A stretch of 64,000 nucleotides of DNA, taken from Blasia pusilla. Taxonomy: Eukaryota. Position 1 is the stretch's first letter. Each line of letters starts with the position of its first letter. The notes under the pieces were generated by a model. The model had not been told where the DNA came from. It did no database searches and saw only the letters and a program-made list of their open reading frames with translations. The DNA lies in NCBI GenBank assembly GCA_050084515.1, contig CM114271.1, positions 10,230,001 through 10,294,000 of the forward strand, in the 5' to 3' direction. A program made the position numbers and the translations under genes. This document shows, piece after piece, positions 13,482 through 26,870 of the stretch.

Positions 13482-15168
13482 ATGCCTCGTGAAGACTCCA
13501 CGTCCATTCTGCGAAGTGCGGCCATGCCCATGGTCAAGCTGTCACCAGAGTTGGTCGAAGAGCTTGAGGAGCAATCTTTGGCAAATTTCTTTCAAGAAAA
13601 TTGGACCTTGACATCCGGGGAACTCCTCAGGGAGCTTCGTTCCTCGACTGCATCAGCCAAGTTTTGCTGAAAGGGTTTTCGGTATCGAGCTCATCCACAA
13701 CAATGGACGCCGGATGACTGGCGAGCAACTTATATGCTCCCGGCCGCTCTAGAGTTTGAGTATGACACCGAATTTATGGTAAAGCACAAAGATTTGTTGG
13801 CACTCGATTGTGTAACGTCTGATCGCCTTGGCAGGAATGGCTACAAGGCTACTTCGTTGTCTCCGCCATTTTTTGGACAGTTTTGCAAGCATGTGATGAC
13901 TTTGTTTTATCCTGCTCGTTCTTACTACCTGACGAATAAGCTCGTCTAGATGTGCTATATCCTTTGGAATCAGCACCTGGACCCTGAAGCACTGGGAGTC
14001 GACTTTGCTTCTTTTGTGGACGGGCACGTACGCGCAATGCTGGAAGCACTTCATCCGAGCACGAAGTCCTTCTTGTCTCCTTTTTTTAATCCATCTGTAT
14101 ATTTATAAGCAGGAATTGACGGCCGATGAGGCGCTGGATTGGTCGCAAGTCACTCCCGTCTGCTTGCCAAGAAAGAGCGGAACGGTCACTAGTGGGAGCC
14201 GTGAAGTCACCCCGCCACGCGAAGCAGCCCCAAAGCAACATCCGCATACTTCGGCTTCAGGGAAGGCCGAGGAGTTCACCGAATAGCCAAGACCAAAGCG
14301 CGGCATAGTCAATTTCAAAACACCCTCTGAACCAGAGCCCGCAACTCAGGAGGACTCCGACAAGAGCCTCGTGCTAACGATCACCGTCCTGCTCTTCGTC
14401 TCATGTCCCAAACAGCCAACGATATGGTGTGGTTCCTGAATTTGGCTGTCCCGGTCATAAATCAACTACAACATGTTCTCCACCTGGAAGACACAACGGT
14501 GGTGGACCAATATTTACAAGCCCTTGATGACCTCAACTATAGGGCCCAAGCTTCGTTAGAGAACAAAGCACAGCGCAAAGTGGCGGAAACAAATCTTCAG
14601 CTGCGGGATCAAGAACTCGAAGACACTAAGACGACGCTTTGTAAAGTTCTAAGCGACTTGGTCCAGAGTCAGTACAAAGCACGGAACGCACGCCAATGGG
14701 AGAGCTTGGTGATTAACATGGAGTGTGGGGCTGATTTTTTTAGCTTCGTAGGTCAAGGAAGCTTCGCAACTGATTCAACAATATCAACACCAAATGCATC
14801 GTATCAGCCACGAATTCAAGAAATTGGCCACACAACATGCTCAGTCTTTGAAGTTGCTTCAAGAACATCAAGAAACAAACAAAGACTTAGTGGCACAGTG
14901 GTCGGAGGCTACAGCTAGGATCGTTGTCTTGGAGGCAGAACAGAAGCTGCTCAATGAAGTGCAGTTAGATCCGGAAGATATGAAGGAGTTAGTCGACGAA
15001 GCAGGCAAGAATTTCGATCATCAGATGAGCGAGGAGATCGCCTATCTCAACAAACATTGGAAGTGCCAATTTGACAACCATACGAAGTCTCTCCCGGAAG
15101 TTGTTCCCAACCTCTCGATTACTCTTGAAGAACTCCCACTATTTACTCCATCCGATGTCTTAGTCTAG
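13482..15168 (+). pseudogene. Extra post-pol ORF of the Athila-like element, unknown function
   Basis: Run of sense ORF fragments between integrase and PPT, protein-level similarity to 7538-7740 (-) plus 2917-4430. Confidence 0.75.
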
Positions 15169-15375
15169 AACAAAGTATTAGGAAGTTTGCTAGTTGTTAA
15201 CAAATGGCGAGAGAGAATGCAAAATCACACCCCCAATATTATCAACAAAACTTCCACTATTCATGGTCGTTTTGCGCCTACACATGAGTTTGATAGTTTA
15301 GATAATACTTTTATGGAATTAGAAGAAACATCCTGAAGTGTTCGCCGGGGCGGCTCACATTTGAGGGAGGGGGTA

Positions 15376-16649
15376 TGTGATACCCAAACTTTCGTACTTT
15401 TGAAGAAATACATCTGTTTATTCAACGAAGACTTGTATATACATTATGGTTATGATTATTATATATTATTATGGAGAGGAATGAGTTAGATTAGAGTGAA
15501 TCACGAAGCTCCAAGGACAAGACAGAGAGATAGAAAATCAAGGATTTGCCTAAGAGGAGAGGAGAATAAAAAAACAAAGTCTAAACACCCAGCAAGAAGC
15601 TTTGGAAGGACAACAAAGCTCTGTTAAGCTCTGTCTATGAAGTGCTTTGCTCCTGAACGAAGCATAACGAAGCATGAAGAAGAAGAGAAAAAAAATACTT
15701 CGCTCTTGAACAAAGCTTGAAGAACGAAGCACGTGGAACAAGAACAAAGAATGGAGCACTTCGTCTTCAAATCAGGAGAAAGAGCTTCGTCCTCAAGCAA
15801 AGCAAAAGAGGTCCAGACTTATCAGCGAAGCAAAGCTAAGATTGACAGTGATTTCAAGCGACACATAGTTAGAACAGTTATAATAGGAATATGCGCAACT
15901 CTTTGTATCAGATAGGTACTTAAGACAATTTTGTTATGCGGATTCATAGGGATCTAAGGAAAAGAGAGGAGCACCATAAATCTAGGTAGTTACAAATGTT
16001 GAAGAGACACGAGCTTCATCAAGAACGCTTCAAATCTTTGGATTACTCCTACTTTAGAGAGTATTTAAGAAGCATGGAAGTAGCTATCATTATCATTCTT
16101 TTACGAAGTCCTCATGTTGTAGGAATGGTCCGAGCAAGGGAGTAGTACCCTCTTGAGCTTGTATACACTTTTGAAGCTTTCTCATTCTTGATGGAGTAGT
16201 AAAGCAATCATTCATTCATTTTGATGTGCGATGCTTATGTCTGAGTGTTCTTTTTGGGTCGGCAGAGTGAAGAGTGAATCAGGCAAACCTTTCTCATCAA
16301 TGGAATAATCAATATGGAGTTGTAGGAAATCTGTTTGACAGAGAGATGGATTGAATTCCGAAAGTAGGAGAAGCCAGCTTTCATGTTGAGGTCTCTGTGA
16401 GGTTTCTTGATATCGAGAGGAAATCTACCTGAGCGTGCTATCAACTCCACTAGAGAGAATTGAGAAAAGAAACCTTGGTACTAAGAAAGATCCGAAGATA
16501 TTGATGAGACATTGAATATAAATCATACACATTTAAATACAACTATTACAACAGAATTATAATTTCGAACTCTCTTTTCATCAAACAATGATCCTCTTGG
16601 GGATCGAACTCAGTAAACGACTGTAAAATTGAAACTCTTATACATTACA
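15376..16649 (+). repeat. 3' LTR, family D
   Basis: Follows the PPT. TGTGATACC...CATTACA. Matches 10010-11227. Confidence 0.95.
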
Positions 16650-17330
16650 AGGAGCACGAGTCTCGTTCTCCAACATACATTTTGGAGAATGTGCCAATTT
16701 TGGGCAATTTGAGGCCTTGTGTGGTGACGAGTGCACATCAGGTGCGTACATGGATCGTCCTGCCAATGTTGTTGGATGCGGTGAGTGTAGGTTCACAAGC
16801 ACATCATCGGTGTCTTTGGTGGACCAACTTGGTACCACAAGAGGTTTTGTTGAGGGCGTATGAGAGAGTGGAGCGCCCCTCCAATTTGTTGGTGGATTCT
16901 ATTGTGGATCTTGGTTGTTGATCATAGGCAGTAAGGCACGATGATCGACCGCCGTTGATTGTGGTCAAGAGGATTGGCATGCCACGAGTAGCCTTTCCCA
17001 CATTGGTGAGTTTTCCTCCTTCCTATGCATTCAAGGAGGCCGGGCCTGGCTTGGTTTGGGATGACTAGGTACAGTTGGTGGAGCCCAATGCCGATGAGCA
17101 AGAGCGAGAGCAAGGGATGGGATTCCCCACAGGAGTAACTATCGTCCCTCTTAGAGGCATCATGACTTCATGTCTTGGGTCAGGCGATGGACCTGAATTG
17201 CTTGAATTGGATTTAGCTTAGAAGAGGTTGAGCAACGTCGTTTGAGGATGCGACAGATCACAACTACTGTGTTGGTGAGCCCCATGCCTCTCGAGAGGAT
17301 TGAGACAGTGGCTGGGGGCGAGACCTGAGG
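16650..17330 (+). pseudogene. C-terminal half of DNMT3-like C5 cytosine methyltransferase (copy 1)
   Basis: YILENVP (motif VI), SQAHHRCLWWTNL (motif VIII region), VLGQAMDLNCL (motif X region). Collinear with 34050-34690 (-). Confidence 0.85.
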
Positions 17331-17354
17331 AGATTGACATACGTGTTTTGACAA

Positions 17355-20263
17355 TTGCAGTTACATGGGCTGAAGCTACATCTAGGCAAGTGCAAGTTCT
17401 TCTATGGCCAGATTGAATACCTGGATCATACAATATACCCAGGAGGCCTTGGTGTGCAACCGACCAAGGTAGAGGCTATTTCACGCATTCCACGCCCTAT
17501 AGATGTGAGTAGAGTTCGTGCATTCATGGGATTGGCAAACTTCTATCGACGGTACGTCAAGGGTTTCAATTTGATTGCAAAGTCGTTGACCTTGTTGACC
17601 AAGGTGGATCAGAAGTGGCACTGGGGGGATGAGCAAGAGAGAGCATTTCAGCTACTCAAGGACAGATTGACATCTGCATCCATATTGAGGAGACCGATCA
17701 AGGGGCGTCCTTTCCAGTTTCATACCGATTGGAGCATATTGGGGCTTGGAGCTGTGCTCACCCTGCATGACAATGATGGAAGAGAGTTCATGGTGGCTTA
17801 CGCTAGTCGCTCAAATAATGTTGCGAAGGCAAAGTATAGCTTGTATGAGGGTAAGTGCTTGGCTGCGGTGTGGGTTATCGCAAATTTTAGGTGTTATCTA
17901 TCTGCCAAACCCTTTACCATCATTACTGATCATCAACCACTTAAGTGGTTGAGGGATTCCGATAAGCTTATAGGGAAGCTTGCGAGGTGGGCTCTTTCGT
18001 TGCAGGAGTATGACTTCTAGGTGGTGCATGAACATGGAACGCTCAACCAGGATGCAAATGGTTTGAGCCGAAATCCATGCCTGAGTCATCAAGATGCAAC
18101 TAGAGCTTGTTGGCATGGAGAGAGTGATGAGGATTTGATGCCAAGATAGCAGGCCTGAGCCTATTTGGGCTTGTTGCTATGGAGAGCTTGATTGCTGAGA
18201 CTTTGATGGCGAGGTCTGATGGAGAGTCCTTAGATCCAAAGGCCGATCAGGAGATGATAGATGGTAGAGATATTCATGACAATGGAGTAGTCTTGGAGTA
18301 TCTGTGTGCACGCAATGTTGCAAGCACAGTGGGTGTTAGCGAGGGGGATCGGATCCTACAGTGAACCAGACGGTTCAGATGGGAGGGGACACATGTGTTG
18401 CGAGTTTGGGAGGATGGTAGAGTACCTGTAGTGCCTTATCCTTCATAGAGAGCAGGTTTAGTGTGTCATGCCCACAAGGAGTTGGATCATTCCGGAGCGA
18501 AGCAGACGTACAAGTTGGGCAGATAGAGTATTGGTGGCGAGGCATGCAGACTGACGTTTAGCACTTTGTTTCTAGGTGCATGGTTTGTGATCGGGTCCGG
18601 GCATCATTCAATGCTCCGACTCAACAATTGCATCCACTTCCAATCATGGGCTTAGGTTATAGATGGAGTTTGGATTTTGTAGGACCTTTACCTTTGACAA
18701 AGCGCCATAGTCGTTATGTGTTAGTGATGGTCGAGCACTTCTCGAAGTGGATAGAGTTGGTTGCATTGCCTGACAAAGCGAGTGAGGGAGTAGCGTATGC
18801 CTACGTAGATCGAGTGCTGAGTCATTACGGCACACGAGCTGAGGTGTTGACAAACCAGGATAGGTAGTTCTACGGGGAGTTTCAGGCCTTGTATGATCAA
18901 GCGTTCATCAAGCATCCCACCACGTCTCCGCTAGTCCATCCCGAGGCGGATGGACTAGCGGAGTGGGTTGTGCAGAGGGTGAAGAGAGGATTATGCAAGT
19001 ATGGCTTGCAGAGAGGTCACCTAGGAGATTGGGACCTCCTGTTTCTATGGTTGGCGATGGGATACAGATTCAGCACGTAGGCATTCTTAGCGTCTTTCTC
19101 ACCGTACTTGCTACTTTATGGCCGAGATCTAGATTTACTTACGGCCATTCGTTGAGATGTTGGTGAGGTATTGACCCTTGATGACCCTGATGTATGGATG
19201 CGAGCATGTTCTCAAAGGGCTGAGTTGTTTTGGAGAGTGATGCCCATGGCGTTTGAGAACTTGGCGATTGCGCAACATCGGGATATGTTGAGTTATGCGA
19301 CTATTAGAGGAGGTGGTTATCGACCTACTATCCAGAGGTTTCATCAAGGAGACTATGCCTACTTGTAGCAAGCTGCTCCCACGACGTTGGATGTGATTGC
19401 AGGGTGCACTATCTTGAGAATGCGTGAGATTTTGCCATCCGATGTTCTCTTATTAGAGGGACGCCATGGTATGGTTTGAAAGGACCATGTATGTAACTGT
19501 GGGCCACATCATCTTCCGAACATTGACGGTACAGTTGATCTGAGAAGAGTGGTAAGAGGAGAGGAAGAGAGGAGAGAGGAGAGAAGAAGAGAGGAGAAAG
19601 GAGAGAGGAAGGTATTGCCAACCCCTAGGGCTCTCTTGGTTTGAAGAGAGTTTTCGACAGGTTGGAGAGAGGAAAGTTTTGACAAGTTGAAAAAGCAATC
19701 TTTTTCCAAAAAAAATTGGTGGTGAAAAAAATTTGATTTTTTTTTTGTAAATTTTTTTTAACGTTTGCAACCCATCGAAGTCCAACGGGTTGCAAGTTGC
19801 AAACGTTAAAAAAAACCCAAAAAGATTATTTTTTTCCTTAACAATAAAATAAAATAATAATAAACAAAAAAATTGTAACCTGTCAAATTCCAAGGGGTTG
19901 CACTAAGTTTCCTTGCTTCAAAAAAATCTCCAAAAACATTACGCACTTATTATCCATAATCTTCATATTTTTTGAAGAGAGTTTCAGGTTTTAGGCCCTT
20001 TGTGCCTTTTTTTTTAAACTAGACTCTCCTCTCTTCCTCTCTTCCTCTCCTCTCTTCTTCTCTCTTGCCAAAATACTAGCCCCCATTGGTCCGAGCTTAG
20101 CCGTAGTTCCTGCATGCTTGCGATGTATGTTGTGTGGTTCTGGCCATGGTGCAGCCACGATGCTAGTCTGTGATGGATGTTCGAGAGGATGGCATGTGGC
20201 ATGTGTGACGCCACCTCTCAGTAAGGTTCCTCACGGACGATGGATGTGTCCCAGATGTACATA
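17355..20263 (+). pseudogene. pol: Partial RT, RNase H, integrase and PHD finger of copy 1
   Basis: GKCKFF..IEYL, VRAFMGLANFYRRYVKGF, TDWSILGLGAVL, TDHQPLKWL, WSLDFVGP, HPEADGLAE. C-terminal CMLCGS...LVCDGCSRGWHVACVTPPL...WMCPRC. Confidence 0.92.
19545..20085. mobile_element. Non-autonomous TIR insertion (Mutator-like MITE) in the integrase-PHD linker
   Basis: GA-rich left end is the inverted match of the CT-rich right end. Imperfect 10-bp flanking duplication TTGATCTGAG / TTGGTCCGAG. The host reading frame resumes after it. Confidence 0.6.
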
Positions 20264-20445
20264 GAGTAGGTAGTTCTAGATTCCGACTTGTGTTTGTGAT
20301 ATGGATGACAAGAAGGCGACTAACGATGGGGCCACATGAGCATCTGACCTTCTTGCTCTTAGAGTCCAATTGATGTATATCATGGTAGGTAGGGATAGAT
20401 GGCTATTTGTGAGTTAGAGGGACCTAACCACTAGCTAGGGGGATG

Positions 20446-21194
20446 ATTGGAGATATTTTGGTACTTCTTGTCTTGTTGTTTGGATGCCATAAGTTAGCAT
20501 GGGATCATGCGTGTTTATGTGTATGTTCGATGACAACCATGTATGTTGTGTAGCGATGTGTATGCGCACGATAGATGTCACGTCTTTTAGGATAGATCCG
20601 GGAGATATAGTAGAGCGCCTTTGGCAATACTAGAGGATAGCTTCGGGAGGTCGAGGATTACATGCTGAGGCCACGGATAGCCTAAGAGAACACGTTTCCC
20701 CTTTGTTTTGGCTCATTTGGAGCCATATAGAGAAACTTACAATTTCAGGTAAGTTTCCATTTGTATTATAGTTGACTTTCCACTTTGGAAAGTGGCCCTT
20801 AACCTACTATTGGAGGTCAAGAGCCAAGGAGGTGACCTCCGAGCATAGGTTACTGAGGAGAGAGCTTGGAAGAGGGAAGGGGGTATACCTCCAAGAGAAA
20901 GAGCTTGAGAGCTCATTCTCTCTTCGTTGAACCTCTTGGCATGAGGCGGCGGAGCTATGGTCTTGCTTGCCTTATGTGTGTAACCCAAGCCTCTCATAAG
21001 GAGAGTGGGTTTGGTTTGACATTAGAGAGAGTGCACACCAAGGAGAGCTTGGTGTGAGATATTGAGAGAGATTTGACCTTATTTTTATTGGAGATATTTT
21101 GGTACTTCTTATCTCATTGTTTGGATGCCATGAGTTAGCATGGGATGGTGCGTGTTTATGTGTATGTTGTGTAGCGATGTGTATGCGCACGACA
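20446..21194 (+). repeat. B1-A2-B2 3' terminal repeat block of copy 1
   Basis: 20446-20573 duplicates 21087-21194. The intervening 20576-21087 duplicates 7884-8528. Confidence 0.9.
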
Positions 21195-21359
21195 CGAAGA
21201 CAATGAAGACAAAGATGGCAAAGACACCCTTTCCTTGTCTACCTTGAGTCTTTGTAGGTCTTTGGGGGTCTTTGCGTCATAGACCTCAGAGTCTTTAAGA
21301 TGGCTCCTTGACACGCCTTGCACAAAGAGGATTGGTTGTACTTATTCCCCCTCCTTTAG

Positions 21360-24300
21360 CCTTCAGTTGGGCACATGATATCTTTGGACATACATGCCAC
21401 TCATTCGTGTCGGAAATGCTTCTCCCTTCAAAGTTTCCACTTGTAAGGAACCATTCTCAAAGATTTCCAAGACTCGATAGGGTCCCATCTAGTTTAGTTT
21501 CACCTTCCTTGGGAACTTAAGATGTCGATTGTCATAGAGTAGCACCAATCCTTTCTCGTACTGATTGTGGTCGGAGGTTCTTCTCATAGCGTCTCTTTCT
21601 TTGTGCTTGGACTATCTTTGTATGGCTAAGAGCAAGATGTCTTGCCTCCTCCAAAGCTACCAAGTCTTCGTTCCTCTTTTTGGTGATGGCCAAATCTTCA
21701 TCGTTCCTTTCTTCTTCTAGAATCTGGTAAGTGGGCAAGTCCCATTCGATTGGAATGAGGGGTTGAATCCAATACGTCAGATAGAATGGCATGTACTTGG
21801 TAGTGACCTTCTCCGCTGTTTGGTAGGCGCAGAGTGATGTAGGGATCTTGGTATCCCAATCATAGGAATAGGTGATAATTAGGCAGTTTAAGATCCAGAA
21901 AATAAGCCCATTGGACTTTTCTGTCAACCCATTGGCTTTGGGGTTGTAAGGTGTAGTCTTCCTAGGCTTGATAAGGAAGTGGTCGGTCAACATCTCAACC
22001 ATTTTTTTTAGGATAGCCATATCTAGTAATTATCATCTCATATAGAAACTTGGGCACTGCCTCATTGTCATCTTTGCGAGTAGCCATTGCTTCCACCATT
22101 TTGGTACAATAATCTGTAGCAACTAAGATATATTTTCTGCGCGTCTGCCTAGTGGCTCGTGAAATAGGTCCCACAAAATCAATGCCCCATTTCTCAAAAG
22201 GGGCCAAAGGAAGGATAGGAACGAAAGGCCAACGAGAAGTCGTTGTTGGCCTTCCTTCTCTTTGACAAGCATCACACTTAGGGATGAAGAGCCGGACATC
22301 TCGATACATTTTTGGCCACCAATAGCGTGCGGCTAGGATCTTCTTAATAGTATTCTTGAGTGCATAATATCCTCTTGCATCCTCCGAATGCATAGCAGCA
22401 ATCACTCGAGGAACTTCCTCTCTCTCTAAGCATCTTCGGTATTCTTCGTCCGTGCCAAGCTTGAATAGCACATCATGGCAAAGCTTATAGGGCCCTAACT
22501 TATGTAGAAACAGTGTCCGTTCTTCCGTTATCATGAGGGTTGGAAATCGGAGAGTGATGAGGAAGCGCATAATATCTCCATAAGCGGATCTTTGCAGAGT
22601 CTTCTTGCTGATTAGGAACAGATCTTTGTCTCGGAAGCTATCTTTGAGAGTCTTCATGAGATCAGCCTTTAGCTTCTTTAAGCGTGACAAGAAGTCCGCG
22701 TTGGTATGTATCTTTCCTGCTCTTGTTACCACGTCAAATGTGAATTCTTGCAATAGTAAAATCCACCAAGCAATCCTCCCTAACAAATCCGCTTTCACCA
22801 CTAAGGCTCGAAGCGCAAAATGGTCGACATGGAAAACAACCGTGTACCCCAGCAAGTAATGTCGGAACTTCTTGCAGGCAAAGACCATCCCCAAGGCTTC
22901 TCTCTCCCTACTAGTGTATTTTTGTTCCGTAGCCTCAAAGTTGGCGACCTGCATAGTATATTTGGGAATCCTTCTTCTTTGTTTCATCCAACCGGCTTAG
23001 TACTACTCCGATCGCAAACAAAGAAGTGTTTACATACACCTAGAATGTCTTCAGCCAATCAAGAGGAAGAAGCACAAGATCTGTCATCAACGCCTGCTTC
23101 AATTCCTCAAATGCTGCTTGGCAGGTGGGAGTCCATTCCCACTCCGTTGTCTTCTTTAGCAGGGTAGTCAACGACTTTGCCTTTATGGCATAATCCTTAA
23201 TGAACCGGCGGTAGTACCCTACATGGCCCAGGAATCCTCTTAGCTCACAAAGACTCGTGGGGGCTTCCAACTCCGCAATTATCTCCACCTTAGCCTTATC
23301 CACTTTGATACCGCGCGAGGATACTCGACGCCCCAACAAGATACCCTGCCTCATTGCAATGTAAGATTTCTCCAGGTGCAAAGATAGTTGTACTTTTCAG
23401 CAGCAAGTTAAGGTTAGCTTCAACTTCTGTAATTGCTTGGCTTCAAAACTAAAGACACAAAAGTCATCCAGAAAGATCTCTAGGAATCTTCATAAGTAGT
23501 CGTGAAAGATAGATATCATCATTCTTTGGAAGGTGGCTGGTGTGTTGCAAAGCCCAAAAAGGCATAACTCAATAGGCAAAAGTGCCTCAATCGATAGTGA
23601 AGGTAGTCAAGGCCCGGTCCTTCTCTCTGATGGACACTTGATTGTAACTTGAATATCCGTCCAAAAATGTATAACATTCATGATCGGCCACTTTAACTAA
23701 GATAGTATCAGTAAATGGCAGTGGGTGATGATCCTTCATGGTAGCTGCATTCAGCTTCCGGTAGTCCTGATAAACCTTGATCTTTCTTGACTGCTTCTTT
23801 GGTACAAGGACTAGGCCAGATACCCATTCACTACTCATCACAAGATATATGACTCTTGCTTCCAACCGCTGGTCAATCTCATCCTTAACCATTAAAGAAT
23901 ACTTGGGATTCAGCCCATACCGACGCATTCGCGCAGGCGTTGTCCCGGGTTTAAGATCAATCCTATGTTCTCCATACCTGGATGGCACTCCCTTCATCTC
24001 ATCCATAGTATAGGCAAACACGTCAAGGTACTCTGCAAGTAAGGTCTTATATTGTGAATGTTCAGAAGTAGACAGATCTGTAGATAGACGTAAAGCCTTG
24101 GTGTTGGTGAAAAAGACTTCTTGGTAGTCCTTTTCCTACACCATCTTTTCAATAAACTGATATGTTGTGAGCCCAACTCGCTCTCCCCCTGGGGAGGGCC
24201 TACTCTACTCTAAGTGTAAGAACTCTTCATCTATCTCATAACATTCCAGATAGCAAATATAGGACGAGGACTCTATGTCGGCCGCCGAGCCCTGATCCGA

Positions 24301-24860
24301 AGTGTACCCTTGATCCCTAGCGGGTGTCTCACCTTGAGGAGGCCTTGACTTCCAAGACAACTTCACCTGCTTCTTGGGAGTACTGTATGGTGCTTGAAAG
24401 GTGAATCTTCATCTTTTCCAATCCGTGTTGACTTGAGTCCCATAGACCCAAGGTCTTCCAATTAGTAGGGAGTAACTTTTGACAATCAACAGCTGGAGAA
24501 CAACGAAGTCCAATAAGAATAGCACTCCTCCTATCATGGTGGAGATCTGGGTAAGTTGCCCCAATGGTTGCTTTTGAGACTGGTTGGCAAAGCGTACGTA
24601 CTTATCTGTGGGCTCATACTTAGTGTAACCCAAAGCCTGAGCGGTTTGCTCTGTCATTATGTTGATCCCGCTTCCGGAATCAATAGGGACCTTCTTAATG
24701 GTATGCCCTTCAATTTCCACTTCCACCTCTGAGGCTCCAAGGTCTTCAACCTCTATGCAAAACATATCCACCATTTGGAGCTTCTTTGCTCGTATCTTCT
24801 TCTTGCGTCCCACTTTCCACTGTTGCAAAATCTTCCCATAAATGGGGTTATCCATGAGTA
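21360..24860 (-). pseudogene. pol: pol of element B (protease, RT, RNase H, integrase)
   Basis: VPIDSGSGINIM, DYRKLNAAT..DHHPLP, FLDGYSSYNQV, FLDDF, LRGFLGHVGYYRRFIKDY, WGIDFVGP, NPKANGLTEK. Confidence 0.95.
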
Positions 24861-25199
24861 GCTATAATAGTGATATGTTTTCTAGATTGGCTGCCAAATC
24901 CTTCAGCAAGTCATATGCCTCCATCACTAGAGGGGAAGCAACCGAGGTCTCCACCCTTGGTTCTTCTTGCTTGGTTGAGGACTCTTTAGGTAAGGTTCCA
25001 CTTGTTCGCTCTTCATGGACTTGGTTGTGGACCTGCTCCTCCACCTCATGATGGCAATACTTTGGATGATTACGATCAAAAGTCGGGTCCATGTCACCTT
25101 TCAAAATTTCCTTCCCTGCTCGAAACATCTTGGCTGCCTTCTTCGTAGCCGGTTTACTTCGTGAAGACGACGACTCTTTGGTCTTTGCGCTTGTGGTCT

Positions 25200-26870
25200 T
25201 CTAGGTCTTCGACCGTGTCTCCACCGCAAAGACTTCATTGAGGATGTCTTCAGGCCAATCTGAGGACTCTTCATTGATCTTCCTCGCAAATCCCTCTTCC
25301 TTAATGGTCACCTTCTTGATCTTCTTTGGTGACGTGACATCTTCTACTCGTAGCGGATGCACATTAACATCATTCTTGGCTTCTGCCGATACGGGTGGAG
25401 TAGTTACATATTTGACCAAGAGCCTTGGTACTTGAGGCTCTAGGCATTCCACCATAGTGTGTCATCCTTTCTTGCAATTTCCATAGAGGTGGTTCAACCC
25501 ACTAGTCTCTTTGGGTTTGGACAATTATTCGCCCAATGATCGGATGCCCTGCAATTATAGCAACAATTTCTCTTGGTAGGTGGGATGAACGCTGCTGGTC
25601 CCATCATTTGTCAAAGAGGCCTCTGCTCTCCATACTCGGGGGGCACATATATAGGGATGTAGCTTCAAGGAGCACCAGCCCCTAGAAATGCCAGGACCGC
25701 GTAGTATCCCTCCCACTGATCTGCTTCATACCATCCCTCCTCCATAGACGAGTCTTCTTGTAGCCGACGTAAATCTCGTTGGAGTGGGCACTCTTGCACT
25801 GTATGCCCTTGCATCCCACAGGAACTACACCATATGTTAGGCCACATAAGTCCCGGACTTCTTCTAAGATCCTTTTGAGCCGCTAGGTATACCTTCAATT
25901 CGGCCATTTGTTTCGTCAATTCACTGATGGTGGACTTCTCCCCATCCTTCTTGGTCTTGCAGGCGAGGCTCACTAATTTGTGGCTCCCCGACCTCATGCT
26001 CTTGTCCTTACTACCTTTCCCTGAGGAAGAAGATCATTTTGGGCGTCTTGCTTTCTTCTTGCCTTTGCCCTTGGAGTCTTCCTCGGACTCTGAGTCTTTG
26101 CTGGTACTGCCTGACAAGGTCTTTGAAGAGTTGGACAAAGACACAGACTCTTCGGACAAAGAACTAGTCCGCTTCCTTCGGTGTCTTTTCTTCCGTGTCC
26201 TCCTAGAGTTTTCCAAAGCCTCGTAGGATTTTGTAGAGGCAATGACAGCTGCTAATGAGTCCCTCTTCCCTCTAAAACAATAGCGATCCATCTCCTTGGA
26301 TAGACCCGACACACACCAATCCACCAAATGTGACAAAGTGGTGTGCTCCAGCTTGCCAACAAAGCTGCAAAATCTATGAGTGTACTCTCTCTAAGCCTCT
26401 TTCTTCCTCCTCTTGAGATCATGAAGCTTAGTAAGTAGGCAATCATCAAATTTTAGGTCCCAAAAGGCATGAAGGAACGCCTTAAGCAGGGCTTCCCAAG
26501 TTTCCATTTGTTCTGCTTCTATCTCCTCATACCACTAACTGGCACGCTTCTTTAAGAGTCCAAGAAAGACTCTAAGAAGATCCTTCTCCGATCTTTCTCC
26601 GTTCACTTTTGCTACATGGGTAAAATCCAGAATAAAGTTATCCGCATCATCTTGCTTGCTTCCAACACAGGTGGGGTACCTCAACAACGACTTGCATGAG
26701 TGCGCCATCGGTACTTTGTTGTCTTTGCTACTGAGAGGACTTCTGCCACCTGAGGGGGAAGGAAAGTCCCCTGTGGTACTGTAATCCTTCTCTCTGTCCG
26801 AGCTATTGTGGCCAGACGGATCCCCCTCCTCTTCTAGATCTGTCTTCGCAGGTGAATCAGGAGGCATAGG
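25200..26870 (-). pseudogene. gag: gag of element B
   Basis: Retrotransposon gag-like helices, knuckle CSSCGMQGHTVQEC, collinear with 46534-48435. Confidence 0.85.

Larger units (their letters stand above)
12140..16649 (+). mobile_element. 3' half of an Athila-like Gypsy element (family D): integrase, extra ORF, PPT, 3' LTR
   Basis: Integrase motifs (CDAC, WGIDFVGP, ANGLTEK, KLKLKWMGPY). Extra ORF 13480-15168. PPT 15363-15373. LTR 15376-16649. Confidence 0.9.
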
